Position numbers and translations under genes: made by a program. A stretch of 64,000 bases of DNA from Guillardia theta CCMP2712. Its lineage: Eukaryota > Protista > Cryptophyta. Position 1 is the stretch's first letter. Each line of letters starts with the position of its first letter. A model generated the notes under the pieces. It was not told the origin of the DNA. It saw only the letters and a list, made by a program, of their open reading frames with translations, and did no database searches. Shown piece after piece: positions 23,388 to 36,913 of this stretch. The DNA lies in assembly GCF_000315625.1 (NCBI RefSeq), contig NW_005434656.1, forward strand, positions 758,645 through 822,644, read 5' to 3'.

Positions 23388-26300
23388 ATGATTTCAAGTG
23401 GAGCATACAGCATGGCTGGAAGAATCATTCTTTCCATGCAACTCACAGCGCTTTTCGTGGTTCAAGTCTCCTCGTACCAGGGCTTGACCCCGCCTGTTAG
23501 CAACTCTTGGCGCTCTTCTCAGTTTCTCTCTCCCACCCTGTCGAAGTTCGCATGCAGGCGATCACTTCAAAGTGTACAGAAATCGCTCTTCCTCCGACGG
23601 GCCTCACCCTCTCTTGGTGTCACGATGATGGCGAAGAAGAAGTTGACTGAAGCGCAGCTCAGGGCACTCGAAGCTCTGCAGCAGTTCGAGAGCCAGCAGG
23701 CTGTAGCAGAAGCACCGCAGGAAGAAGTCAAGGCTGAGCCGGAGGCAAAGGCTAACCCTCCAGCAGGAGGTGGCAAGAAGAAAGGGAAGAAGATGACCCC
23801 GCAGCAGTTGAAGATGCTGGAGGCTGTTGAAGCCTTCGAAACCACTTCGTCGAGCGCAGAATCGTCTCAAGATGATGCACCATCTCTGAAAGAGGCATCG
23901 TCTGATGAGATAGAAGACACAGGTGCGGGTAAGAAGAAGAAGAAGAAGCTTTCCAAGTGGGAGCTAGAGCAATTGGAAAAATCTGGGGATACCTCAGTGA
24001 GCGAAGACAAGGCAGAAATTGCGCAAGCGAGCAAGGAGGTGAAAGAGGTTGTAGCTGATGTCAAGCCTTCCAAAACGAAGCCAGAGAGTGTGCCAGCAGT
24101 AAGTATGGAAGGGGATCTTGACTTCCTTGGTCTGGAAGATGGTGGTCGTCCGAAGACTTCAAAGAAAAAGGTAGGTTCAACATATCCCCGAGGCTCGGAA
24201 CTGAACTCGCATGTGTAGGGCAAGAAGGGACAAGAAAAGAAAAATGAGATCGAAAGTGAGATGAACACAGAAGAGAGTTCCGAGACAGAGCAGGAAGCTG
24301 AGGTAGTAGCCCCGAAAGTGACCAAGCGTCCACCCCCGCGAGTTCGCATCGACTCAGTTGCTCAACCTGGCTATGTCAGCCTCCGAATGGAGAAAATCGC
24401 TCTGACCTTCAAGAATCAGGTTTATTGCTTCAATAAGACATGTGAAAGAGAATCTCACGCCTGCTCAGGACGTCCTCAAGGATTGCAGTTGGTCGGTACA
24501 GACAGGTGATCGAGTCGGATTGGTTGGGGCAAACGGTGGTGGCAAAACAACACAGCTTCGTGTGCTTTATGGAGAGCTTGAACCAGATTCAGGCGACATC
24601 GTCAAGTCATCTGCTGACCTTCGTCTTGCATTTTTGAGGCAGGAGTTCGTTGACGACCTGGTGCTGACCAGAACTTTGAAAGAAGAGTTGATGTCTGTTT
24701 TTGGAGAAGAGGCAAAGGTGCTTAGCGAAATCGAGGAGGCGGAAAACGAGCTCTCCCAGTGCAAGGATGATATGGAGAAGATGCAGACAATCCTCGACAG
24801 AATGCAGGAGCTGCAGAACAAAGCCGATTCGATGGGGGTGACGGGGCTTGATGCAAGAGTGGAAAGGATCATGAACTTGATGGGATTCTCTCCAGAAGAA
24901 GGAGACCAGCTTGTTGCTGCTTTCAGTGGCGGATGGAAGATGCGTATCGGTTTGGGAAAGATTCTTCTCACTGAGCCAAACATCCTCCTGCTCGATGAGC
25001 CGACAAATCATTTGGACCTTGAAAGCATTGAGTGGATGGAATCCTTCTTGATCAATCAGAACATTCCAATGGTCATTGTGAGTCACGATCGTGAGTTTTT
25101 GGACAGGGTCTGCACGAAGATCGTGGATTGCGAGCAAGGAGTCACGAATACGTACGATGGCAACTATTCCCGATTCTTGAAGTTGAAGAAGGAGAGAATG
25201 GAAGCATGGCAGAAGTCATACGACAATCAGATGAAGAAGGTGAAAGCAGAGAAAGACTGGATCAACAGGTTCAAAGTGGGTGCTCAGGCGTCTCAAGCTG
25301 CTTCGCGACAAGCCAAGCTTGAGAAGTGGATGGCGTCTGAAGAGTTCGTTGCCAAGCCCCTACCCCTGGCAAACCTTGGAAGTTTCGGTTTCCATCTGCT
25401 CCTAGAATGGGCAATGCCGAAGCTGTTGTCAACGTAAAGAACCTGGAGCATGGATATGAGATGCAAGGGAAAGAAATCCTCTTCAAGGATGTGGAATTCA
25501 ACCTTGAGAAGGGAGACAGGGTGGCGTTGATCGGACCGAATGGTTGCGGGAAGTCAACGTTTCTGCGATTGATTGTAGGAAAGGAAGAGCCTCGATCTGG
25601 CGAGATCAAGCTTGGAGGTGGAATGAACCTGGCTGTGAACTACTACGAGCAGAATCAAGCTGATGTTCTGGATCCCGAGATGACGGTCCTTGAAGTGATC
25701 AAGGTGCGATAGTGATGGGAGGCAGAGTTGTTACGACAGCGCTCACTGACTCCTTGGTCATGTAGGAAGCCTCTGATGGTTCGGTGGAGTATGAAGAGAT
25801 CAGGAAACTCTTGGGGCAGTTTTTGTTCAAGGGAGACACGGTCGAAAAGAAGATCGCTATGCTCTCAGGTGGAGAGAAAGCTCGCGTTGCCCTCTGCAGG
25901 ATGATGCTTCGACCGGCCAACCTTCTTGTATGTCTCTGGATGAGAGTCGCAACCTTGAAGCCTCTCATGCGCCCGCAGGTGCTGGACGAGCCAACCAACC
26001 ACTTGGACATTCCAGCCAAGGAGATGCTGGAAGAAGCGCTCAAGTTCTACGACGGCACCCTGCTGGTACCTCGGTCAACCACATCCTTTGTCTGTTCTGA
26101 GAGGGTTTGCCCATCAGGTCATCTCTCACGATCGATACTTCGTGAGTCAAGTCGCCAACATAATCGCGGCCTTTGAGGACAAGAAGCTTGTTCGTTACAA
26201 CGGAGATTACAAGCACTACATGGACCAGAATGAGAAGTGGGCCAAACAGGTGCACCTTCGCTTGATTGTTCTACTTGTCCTTCCTCCCCTCTCCCCCTCC

Positions 26301-26718
26301 TGCTGCTCACTTCGCTTCTCGATGCTCCATGCCTTGTTCTTGACTCTTCGTTGCTCCTCTTCTATCAACTGATTCCCTCCTGGTCACTTGCTCTCCTTGT
26401 GAACCTCTCAACATGCTCTTATCCTTCCTTCATTGGTTCCCTCCTCTCAAAATGGAGCAGGTCGAGTCCAGGTATGTCGACGGCTTGGAAGGCATCCAAG
26501 AGCTCGTGCTGCCTGAGGTTGAGATTGACAAGCCCAAGGTTGGTGCCTGCCATGTCTGCAGCTTCCTTACTGATTCCGATCACGCAGAAGACCAAGAACT
26601 TCGGCGGCAGTGCGGTGACGAGTGGCAGAAAGGACAAGGGAGTTAAGGTGCTGCTGCTGACTTTCTTCGTCCATCCCTGACATCTTCCATTTCGCAGAAT
26701 GCAAAGCGCATGCAATGA
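23388..26718 (+). CDS. Plastid-targeted ABC-F family ATPase (plant ABCF5-like), with an apparent frameshift at ~25360
   Basis: NBD1: GANGGGKTT / FSGGWKMR / LLLDEPTNHLD. NBD2: GPNGCGKST / LSGGEKARVAL / VLDEPTNHLD. No transmembrane domain. C-terminus KGVKNAKRMQ. N-terminal signal plus transit-like peptide. Confidence 0.93.
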
Positions 26719-27302
26719 GGGGAGACGCGAGTCTCTTGACTGAAGACGCTGATTTCGGAGCTTTGTAGCAAGCGCAAGGATTACGGCGACCCCGCGTAGT
26801 TGAGAACTTAGAGCAAGTGGACGAGAACACGCGGATGATGGCAGATGATGAAGAGCGAGTAGATTTATGGAAGAATCTAACATGAATGCCTTGAAGATGT
26901 ATGATGTAGACGTCATGCCGTCTGTCTTCGGGAATAAAGGTTGTCATGACGCCGAGTTAATCTCAATCCCAATGGAGTTCATGGGAATTGTCTATCACAA
27001 CACTTCACACAAGTCTTCCTGTATGATCATGGGACGTGATGCACAAACCTTTGCCTTCATCTTCGGTGTCCCGCCATACTTCTTCACCTCCATCGTCGTC
27101 GTCACTGCCCTGCCCGTCGTCGTTCGCTCCCACGATACATTTTGCTGGGACAACCCCCACCCCCTAATATCCGATCACCACCCCCTAAAAGAGAGCTAAA
27201 ATGGAGGTTGATCACGGGTAAAAATCAGGGAGGCCAAGGGGGTAGCATTCAGGGCGGTGGTGGGTGGTGGTGGCGGGAACGCGGGCAAACGCCACTGGGA
27301 GA

Positions 27303-28505
27303 ATGGCGAAGACGAATGGAGCGACATTGAAGTGCCCGCAGGAGTACATAGAGGTGCTGAGAAAGGCTCTCATAGGTGAGATCATACTCATGCACCTTGA
27401 TGGTTCCCTCTCCTGAGAGAGAAAGAGAGTTTCTCGAGGGGGTTTCTTGTTGCTTCCCTTGTACAGGCATTCTGGCTCTGACTTGCACGTTTTGCTCCCT
27501 CCTAGATGAAAGAGGACAGGACAAAGACCTGTCCAAGGACGTGCAGCCTTACTCCAAGTTCAACCAGAATGGGTTAAACTGCGAAATTCGGTTCTCCAAG
27601 GAGCTCGGGAGCCTTGAGACTTGGGCTATGATCATGACAACCAACAACATGACGAAGTTGTACGACGAGTCCAAGTGTGCTTGGTCAGATGACATCAAGT
27701 TCGACGAACTGGTCGATCACGGAGGGGCTGCCCGTTTCCTTGTGGTGTATGAACGAGACGCGAGGTCCAAGGATGCGAGGAACCCTGTGGGATTTGTCCA
27801 TTTCAGGTTTACCCTCCAAGGTGAACCGGTCGGGGTGGAAGCAGGAGAGCCTGCTCTCTACGTTATGGACATTCAGCTGGAGGAATCTGTCCGGAGGAGG
27901 GGATTGGGGAAGCACCTCATGACAGTGATCGAGAACATTGCTCGTCAGCAGGTAATCTTGAACCCCACATGAGCTTCCTATCCTCAAGTCTATCGCAGGG
28001 AATGATGCACATCCTGTTCCCTGTGGTCAAGGAGGACAGACGAGCGAGATCCTTCGTTCTCGAGGGACTGAGTGGATATGTTGCAGAGCATCTCGGTGCT
28101 TGACTGTATGGGCTTCTGGCTTGCTTGCTGACCTTGTCATTTACAGAGATCTTGTCGTATGACGGAAAGAATCCTGGAGAGATCTTCGCGAGAGACCAAT
28201 CTTTTCTCCTCTTCTCCAAGAGGCTACTGAGTCCCCGTTCGGAGCAAGCATCCAACGCCGCGGCATCAGCTGTTGAAGATCACTTGTCCGCTGCAAACAC
28301 ACCTCAGAAACCGGACAGGGAAAGGCCCTGCGGCCATGCAAACTGCTCTTGCTCCGACCATGCCCAGACATCAGGCGCCTCCTCCGAAGCTGCTGGGGGC
28401 GAAACTCTGTCCTCCGCCTTCCAGTTTGTTCTTGATATGTCTCGCTCGATTACAAATCGACTTCGTCGACCCGGGGGAATGGCAGAGGCACTGAAAAACC
28501 TGTAA
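27303..28505 (+). CDS. NAA40: N-alpha-acetyltransferase 40 (NatD)-like GNAT acetyltransferase
   Basis: WAMIMTTNNMTKLYDESKCAWSDDIKFDEL..ARFLVV..PVGFVHFRF..LYVMDIQLEESVRRRGLGKHLM. Confidence 0.82.
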
Positions 28506-28723
28506 GTTGTCTGGATGCAAAAGAGATTTCAACAATGACACATTCACAGGAAATAAACTAGTTCTGAGGAGCTACAAAGAAACAAGTTGGAAAAGCTTTC
28601 TCGGTCAGTCTCGTTCAAGACGACAAGGTCGACAGACACGTCTTGCATGTAGCATTCCTTGTAATTCCAGATTAAGCCATCATTCATCCAAGAGCAGTTC
28701 TATTCCTTTATTACAACATGAGT

Positions 28724-29349
28724 TCATCTCGATGATGGTGCTGTAGCTGTTTCCACTAGCTTGTCACCCATCGTGTCCACCAGCAAATTGGCCCGCGGCC
28801 TCTGCATCGCAGCCGGTGCCGAGGTCAGCGGGACCTTCTTATCGATCAGCGCCTGCCATCTCAATCAGAGGCACGAGGTGAAGATATAAGCGTCAGCACA
28901 CCAGGTCGATTGAATGTACTCCTCCTTGAAGGGGACGAGCCTGTTGTGACAATATCAGCGTTGAGAAACACTACCATCCCTCCACACCTTCGCCGCTACA
29001 AGATTAAGTGACGTTTGAGAACTCACACCCCCGTTGGACGATGGCTTTGCAACCATCTTATCGTCCAAGTCAAAGCTCCCAAACTCAGAACTATCCAACA
29101 TCTTTCTTATTTTCTCAACCGTTTCCTGTTCTCAGGGAGCGAATCAGAACTTATGGCGATCAAACTCTCGAGGTCAGGCACCGGTGATTGTTTCAGGATA
29201 GAAAGCTGAAGCTGACGAATTGCGAGCATCTGGAGCGCTATGCTCGGTTGTGCTGGCTTGCTAAACCCATTGGCGCTTGCGGCTGCCACAAGCGCTAAGA
29301 CTGGCAATAAAGTCTCACTCACAACTTGACAACGTAAGGGGGGTACCAA
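28724..29349 (-). CDS. Small hypothetical multi-exon protein, possible signal peptide
   Basis: LLPVLALVAAASANG followed by short exons bounded by GT-AG (ETVEKIRKMLDSSEFGSFDLDDK, ARPLQGGVHSIDL, ALIDKKVP). No recognised homology. Confidence 0.35.
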
Positions 29350-29704
29350 TCAGCGCGAAGGCTACCAACCCTGATGCTAATATGACTCTCCCCTTTTTGT
29401 CCTCCCGCGACGATGGAGTTTGGCTCCCGTAGCTGTTGATCAATCTCAGCATACCATTTCGTTTGGAGTTGAGGATTCAACACAAGGGGAAGGGAAGAAA
29501 TTATTGGACTTCGACAGCAGATCAACAAACATCATAGATTCAACGAAGGGAAGAGTTCAAAAACAGTGTGACATGTTCCTCCTCCGCCTCCTTCTCCTCT
29601 CATACTTCTTCTCGTCTGTCCCCTCCGCCAAAGCCATCGACCCGCCGGAATTAGCAATTCCATCAGTTAGAATCCGTTACACTTTACTTCAAAAAGCAGT
29701 CCTC

Positions 29705-29737
29705 GTACTGATTTTTAACTTAACTTTGAGTAAAGAC
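29705..29737 (+). repeat. Dispersed intergenic repeat GTACTGATTTTTAACTTAACTTTGAGTAAAGAC, copy A
   Basis: Matches 38755-38777, 38814-38839 (reverse complement) and 53110-53138 (reverse complement). Confidence 0.85.
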
Positions 29738-30391
29738 TACTGATCACCACGGCCCGATCGGTTTCTCCGAAGGCCCGTCACGCATTTTAAAATTAAAAAT
29801 ACAACAACAACATTTTACACTTTTAAAAAATAAAATGACCTCATTCACCAATGCCGACAAGCAAGAAGACGGTGGATGGACACTGACTGGTGGGGGAGAA
29901 GAGCGACGAGATAGCGCGAGGAAGGGACACAGGCTGAGTAAGATGATAGGAACCAGCAGGGACGAGCTTGAAAGCAGCAACAGACAAATGTGCCGGGGGG
30001 TTCGTTGAAAGAATGATGCGAGTATTGAAGAAGGAGAAAGCTAATGTTGACATCAAGCAAGGGATGTGTTTAAGCAAACATGTAGGATGGATGCGAGAAG
30101 AGATGCTTGTATGTTGTGGAGGTTATTTGAATATTGAAAGAAGGTCACTGAGAGATACTGCAAAGGTTAGATACGGATAAACTGATTGCGGTTGAAAGAT
30201 GGATAGCTTACTCGCGAATTGGCATGTTCCCTATCAAGAACAAGTTTAATTGATAGATAGATAGATATATCTCTTTTCCTAATGATATAGTCTGTGTGCT
30301 TGCACAGCAATGAGAAATGCTGCATTGACTTCAGTTGGATTAAATGTATAGCTGGTCGCCCTGAACGTTTTTGTTTAGTCGAAATCTCCTG

Positions 30392-31859
30392 ATGGAGGGA
30401 GATACGGCAGACAAGAAGCAAGATCCGCTGCCCTCCGAAGGTGCCATGGCGATTTTAATGCGGAGAGACGAGGGAATAGCTTGTTCACGATGCCGAAAGC
30501 ACAAGATCAAGTGCAGCAAGATGAAACCCTGCTGCACTTGCAGCAGGATGGGGCTTGAGGATCAGTGTGACGCCATCTTCGGGGTTTCAGCGTGTTGGCT
30601 GTGCAGGCGGTCGAAGATCAAGTGTGACAAGAAGCGACCGTGCGGGACTTGCATGAAGAAGGGCAGGTCTAAGGAATGCCTGTCTTCCGATCATGAGACG
30701 GGGCCTATGGAGGAGGATGCCGTCTCTGTAAAGCAGGAGGACGCCGGGACGGTGAGGCCTCGAATAGAGACTCCCAACCGCCCTTGGCCCTTGCGGCTTG
30801 AGATGGAGTTTGGGACAGTCCCTCCTCGGATGCTGGAGCCGGACGAGAAGGATGGGGGGTTGATCTCCCCGCTCATTGTGAGGACTTCGCAGCTTGGCTA
30901 CGACCACACATCGATCCTGTACATGTTCAACACGATGGGAGAGGACCTCTCTAACTCGATCAAGAACCTGATGACAAGTCTTGCAAACTACAGGCCGAAC
31001 ATGTTCAATCAGAAGACTAGCCCCCCATCATCATTGCTGATGGCCAGGTCGGAAAGCTGTGACGTCGGGAACGCAGCTGAAAACTCGTGGACTGTGTACT
31101 GGAAGGCCAATGGCTTAATACGGGAGAGGATGAAGGTAGGGAGCGGACTCGGACACATGCTCAAGAGAAACCCTGAGGAGATTCTGGCACGGGCAGCTCG
31201 GTGTGAGCAGGAGATTCCTTCCTCAGACGTCGAGTTCATGTGCATGATCCTAGACGACCTGTTGACGCCAGCTGATCCGCAGCTTCTGCGATATCAGCGG
31301 ATCTGCAGGAGGAGCACAGATGGGAGGCTAGAGGAGTCCAGCTTGATCAGGTCGAGTTCGACAAGGCGCTACGACGACAACGGGCGTCTTGTCTCTTCGA
31401 CACACACGTTGGAGATCTTGGAGCCAGAGGAATGGGACAGGATTCATGCGAACTCTAAGGACTTGTAAGTAGTCTCTCTATGTTGATGTACTGGCAAGAT
31501 TTTATGCTTGATAATGCCAGCTGAGATTCAAGGCTGCATGCTAGATGCCTGAATCGTCGTGTTGGCAGGAAGATGTACCTGCAGCTGCGCCGTTTCTTGG
31601 GGGAGGAGACGAGCGGAGAGCAGATGCTGCTCTCGCACCGGCGAGATATCGTGAGACACCTTGCATGGCCGAGGACTCGCAGTCCGTCTGACTGTTTTGG
31701 CAGCTGTTTGACGAGCACTTTGCGACGTTGAACCAGTCAGCGGAAGGGAGAAACAAGTTGCGCAAGATCGCTGATTTCCTAAACCACAAACTTGAGCTCA
31801 TTTTGGGCCCATCCCAGCCCTCAGCCGCGAGCCAACGCCAGGGAAGCCGCTGCCCCTGA
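30392..31859 (+). CDS. Transcription factor with two tandem Zn(II)2Cys6 (GAL4-type) domains
   Basis: ACSRCRKHKIKCSKMKPCCTCSRMGLEDQC and ACWLCRRSKIKCDKKRPCGTCMKKGRSKEC. 3' exons joined through introns at ~31465 and ~31651. Confidence 0.9.
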
Positions 31860-32382
31860 TGAGGCCCCCGCAGAGGACTCAGAGGCTGCGGGGTCTTCGC
31901 GTGCGCACCGTACTGCCCGGCTCACTGAGTGCCCGGATGGCTCCTTCGAGATCGGATGGTTTCTCGGGAAGCATTGCTGAGCTATGAAGATGAAGCAAGT
32001 TGCCACGTTTGTCACGATGTGTTTAGATCAACTTATTGATGTTTATGCCGCCATGATGCAGGACGGTTCACGGTTTGCTGTGAGTAATATAGTTCACGTT
32101 TGTTGCACTGAGTCCGACTCTCAAGACCGAGTTCCGGGCCGAACTTCGGAAGTTGTCCGCCGCCGGGACCGTTGTGAAGGTGCCCCGGGCCCCGATACCC
32201 CCGCCGGGCCGGGCCCCCGGGGCCGACGCCGTGACGGTGACTCAGTCTGAGTCGGACAAGTTGGCTGGCCCGGGCCCGGCCGGCGGCGGGCGGCCCTCAT
32301 CACGCCTGGGCTATTTCACTCATGTTAGTATTTCACTACCACTGCTTTCATGAAACCTATCGGGTCACTTTCGGGATCCGCA

Positions 32383-35300
32383 ATGGCAGCAGCGCTGCGG
32401 AGAGTCGAGGCTCCGCCGTCTGCCGCTCTGATGGCACTAAGGTGAACGTCCTCGTCCTCGTCCTCCTCGTCCTCTTCCTTCTCCTCCTTCTCCTCCTTCT
32501 CATCCTTTTCATCCCTCACCTATTCCATAAATTCATCTCTGGCGTCATGGTTATCCCCACACATCAGCCTCCTGACGAGTGCTCACTCAGGTTGGACTCG
32601 AGCCATCGAGGATCACATCGACGACCTCTGATTGCAGGGATCAAGTTTACGCAGAGCGGAGAGAGGTTTGCGTCCTTGTGCCTTCTACCTAGTTTCTCAC
32701 TGTTTGTTCGCCAGGTGTATCATGTACGACAGCACAGGAAAAGGTCCCTGCTGCTGTTGCTTGCGCACCTTGTAACATCCCCGAGCAGTGTTTCGTCTCA
32801 ATGTTGAGAAGAACGAGTGGACATACCTCCTGCATGCCGGCCCGAAGATTAAGAGCGTGAGTTTGTCCCATGAGAAGATCCCCAAGGTTGCGATATGTAC
32901 AGGCGAGCAGGTTCAGGTCTTCTGCAGGTACTTGGCGGCGCCGTGAGGTGGGAGGCAATCCCTGACGACCTTGCAGTGAGACGGGGGAGTGTCTGTCGAT
33001 GTTCAAGATAGCGCACGGAGGAGAGGGGAGAGAGGTCCTGTTCCTCTCCAACCACATGGAGATTCTGGTCTTCAGCCAGTCCTCCCTCCACCTCTTGTCA
33101 ATCAGGACCAGGGCCGCGACCCAGCGGACGTTCAAGGTGGGAGGACAGAGGCTGAGCAGTATCCTTGCTATCCATCTCTTCCGCCACCTTCTCCTCGTCT
33201 GCACGGCTGAGGGACTGTACGCTTACTCCCCGACCAACCTCGAGCTGCCCCTCGCCGCCTGCCAGGGAGAGTTTGCGCTGAGCAGCAGCTGTGTCTCGTC
33301 AGGATTCTTCGCAGGGTCCCCGAGAGGCTCGAGAGCCATCCAGGTCTGGAGGGTCAACGGGAGCGGGGAGGAGGGAGCAGCCATGGAGAGGCAGCCCAAC
33401 GTCTACCTCCCAAGTCCTGTCGACAGCCTGCAGGGCATCCAGGGTTCAGCGAGGTGTCCTAGGAGCCATCCCTTGCATGACTCGATCGTCGTGTGGTCCG
33501 CTGACAGAGCGCTCCAGTTCGTCTCCCTCCCCACAGGAACGATGATCCTGGTGGTCGACCTGGCCTGCTCTTCCTTGACGTGCCTCGTTGCTCATTGGAG
33601 GACCTTCGCCGCCTTGGACAAGGAGGGAGCGGTCAGCTTCTTCGACCTCCCTGGGCTGAGGAGGATGTACTGCGCGGGAGCTGGGATGGGATCGAGGGAT
33701 GACAGTGAGAGGAGGAGCCGGGAGGCTGCGCTGACAGGTCAGCACGGCCATGCCGCAGCGAAGCGACGGAGACATGGGGGAGGAGAAGATGAGGAGGAGC
33801 GAGGGGAGTGCAGTTGGTGTGCTATCAGTAACGACGGGGGCCAGCTGGAGGGGGGCGAGTGGAAGGCGAAGAGGAAGGAGCTACAAGGGGTATTGGCGAG
33901 GTGTAAAGAGTTCCCGTCGGAGAGGAGAAGGAAGGTTTGGAGCTTCCTGCTACAGCTTCCTGGGTCGAGGAGGCAGCAGCAGCTCCTACTCAAGCAGGAC
34001 GCTGTCCGGATGGCCCAAATCACTTGGAAGGAGCAGGACAGCGAAGACCGAGACCTCTCTTCCCCCCTGTCCCAGCGAGCATGGAAGGTCTACAACGGCG
34101 TCTCGTGCTGGTGCAAGCTGTTCGCGTTCGTCCCCGAGGTCATCCTGCTGGTACGTTCCTTCTGCAGAATCTTCAAGGACGATGGTTTCGCTCTCGAGCT
34201 TGTGATCTTCTTCCTCCTCAACCGAGGAGGCGACTGGTTTCGCCAGTGGCCCCTCCTCCCCTCCTACGACCTCCAGTGCGTGCTGAGGCTCCTGGAGCGC
34301 TCGGACCCCTTCCTATGGACGAGGCTCAAGACGTATGGGGAGCAGGTGGCGACTCTGACTTGGAGGATGCTCTGCACCGCCTGCTGCGATCACATGACGA
34401 GCTCGCAGTGGGGGCTGGTGTTAGACCATGTCCTCTCCCGCAGACATTTCTTCCTCCACTGTCTGGTGGTGGCCGTGTACCAGGGCTTCCGCTCCCTCCT
34501 GTCAGCGACCGTTGACTTCCATCTAGTGGAGGGCATGCGGAGGTTCAAGGTCGGCAGCGTCGAGCAGCTGCTGGAGGACGCGATGAAGGTGGAGAGGCTG
34601 TGTGAGGGACTGGACGACGTCCTCTTGGATGAGCTGAAGGCGAGGGAGGAGGAGAGGGAGGAGGAGATACTCGGGTCTCACCTGTACCCTCCCTTCACCA
34701 ACTTCTCTCAGTCTGCTGTCGACTACCGCGAGCAGCATGTAGGGTACCTGCAAGATGGGAAGGAAATCATGCGGAGGCTGCAGGAGAGGGAGGAGGAGGA
34801 GGAGAGGAGGCAGCGCAAGATGGTCCAGCAGATGTGCCGTGCGATGGAGACGAGCAGAGACGAGCATGAGAGGAGGATAAGACAGTACGAGGCGGCGATC
34901 GACGACCTGTCGTCAGACATCAAGAGGACCCAACGGCAGAGCTCGGAGCTGATGTGGAAGCGCCTGCACAACGCCAAGAGATCGGCTGAACTTTTGGATC
35001 GTCAGCGCCTGCAGCAGGAGAAAGCAAAGGAGCGGATGGATCAGATCGCGCGAGGGTGGGAGGACATTGCTGCCCTCGATCAGGAGGGGATGAAAAGGAG
35101 GGAGGGGCAGAGAGATCTGGAGCGAAAGACTGTGGAGGTCAACATGAAGCAGCAGGAGAGGCTAGAGGAGGAGCTGGCGAGGAGCGCGAGGATAGAGATT
35201 CATGTTGAGAGAGAAGCGAGGAGGCAAGTGAGAGAGCTGAAGAAGATCAACTTTGATAGCAGAAGTCACGTTGAGCATCTTCAAGATCGGAACACTGAGG

Positions 35301-36692
35301 AGAGCGCAAGGCGATCTGATATGTTCCAGCTCATGAACGCTGTCGCTGATGTCACCAGAGAGATGCAAAGGAGGAAGGAAGACGTCGACGATCTAGTTCA
35401 TACAGAGAGCGAGGAGACTCTGAACCGTATGAGGCAAGTGTTCCGTCAGATCAAGGCATCCTACCACAAGGCCAGACAGCGAGACCTGCTACCGCACGAG
35501 GCGCCTCCTCGCCGCCTCCGACACGAAGAGTTCGCGTCTTCCCTTCCTCCAGATCGCCCAGGAGGCAGAAGACGAGACCGACGGCTTGTGGGGGAGGAGG
35601 CCGGCAAGTTCAAGTCAGACGGCAGGCAGGAGGAGGCGGCTGGAGGTGCTCGTGCATCGCAGCCTCATCAAGAGCAGGAGAAGGACTCGACATGTCCATC
35701 AAGATCGAGAGTCAACGGCGAGCAGGGAGCGGGAGCTTCTGCTCGGTTGGCAGCGTCACATGAAGAGCATGCTGGACGCCTCCTGGGCAAGAATCCTCCC
35801 GGTATGACTCTTGTGCTCCTTGTAGTCATGCTCTTGAATGTTTGGCAGCTAGAAGGCCAGATAGCGTCATGGAGGAAGAGGATGTGTACCACTCGCACCA
35901 GACTAGACGGCACTCGCATCGAGCAGGAGCAGGAGCAGGAGGTTTGCTCGATTGTTTCTCCTCCGGACCAGACAAGAGAGGATCTGACGAGTTGCCGGCA
36001 GGAGGGGCGAAGCAACAATCAGGACAGCAAGGGTACACCTCCTCTCCTCAGCTCTTATTCTTCGTTGTCCCGCCTCCTCTCCCTCAATTTTCAAGATCTC
36101 CACACTTTGTCCTTCATCCACCGCATGTCTTCCTGGCAGATAGTGTCTCTTTTTCCTCTCATCCTCTCCCTCCTTCCCTCCCTCCCTCCCTCCCTCCCTC
36201 CCTCCCTCCCTCCCTCCCTCCCTCGCATCCCCCTCCACTTGTCTCTCACGCTTCCAAGGTATTGGCAGATGCGCGCAGCTCTGGCAGGAGTCAACCTGAA
36301 GCTCGACTTCCCCGCGCGCGACATGGTCGACAGGTCATGTGAGTCCTCAGGCGAGAAGTTGCTAGAGGACTGGACGATGTCATCCAGCAAGACGCTGCTG
36401 ACAAGTGGAGGTAAGGGAGGCTCAGTCACGTGCTCCTTGCTTCAGACTGATCACTTGCTGGAGATCTGCTGGAGGGCAGCTCGTTTGTTTCCTCCTCCAT
36501 CGGTAGCGTGTTGCTCTACAGCTTCTCCTCTCACAAGCAGTCACAGGGCCCGTGGACTCTGAGGGAATGCGCTGCCGCGACGTGAGCATGGCATGACTGG
36601 CAGGACGATCGTTGTGACCTTCACTCCAGGAGCAGCAGGACTGCGGCATCGACGTGGTCAAGTTCGAGGACAGTCAGAGGAGCTTCTTGTAG
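32383..36692 (+). CDS. TBC1D31: TBC1 domain family member 31 (WDR67)-like: WD40-like N-terminus, RabGAP-TBC-like domain, coiled coil
   Basis: EFPSERRRKVWSFLLQLPG; FALELVIFFLLNRGGDWFRQWPLLP..LLERSDPFLW; WGLVLDHVLS; YPPFTNF; long C-terminal coiled coil. Confidence 0.75.
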
Positions 36693-36913
36693 CGCTAGTG
36701 ACCCTCCTGGGTCTTCGCAAGACGCGGGGGGGGGGTGACAGGAAGAAAACAGGTGAGAGCTGATTTGGAGGTTATATTCCAGATTACACCGCGCTCCCTA
36801 GAGAGGAGGAAAGGCTCAAGAGCTATAAAAAGTACACAACTGACACACGACAACAGAGATCAAGCATGGCTTCAACCGGTAGAGGCACCGAGTATTGGCC
36901 AGGGCCAGGGCCA

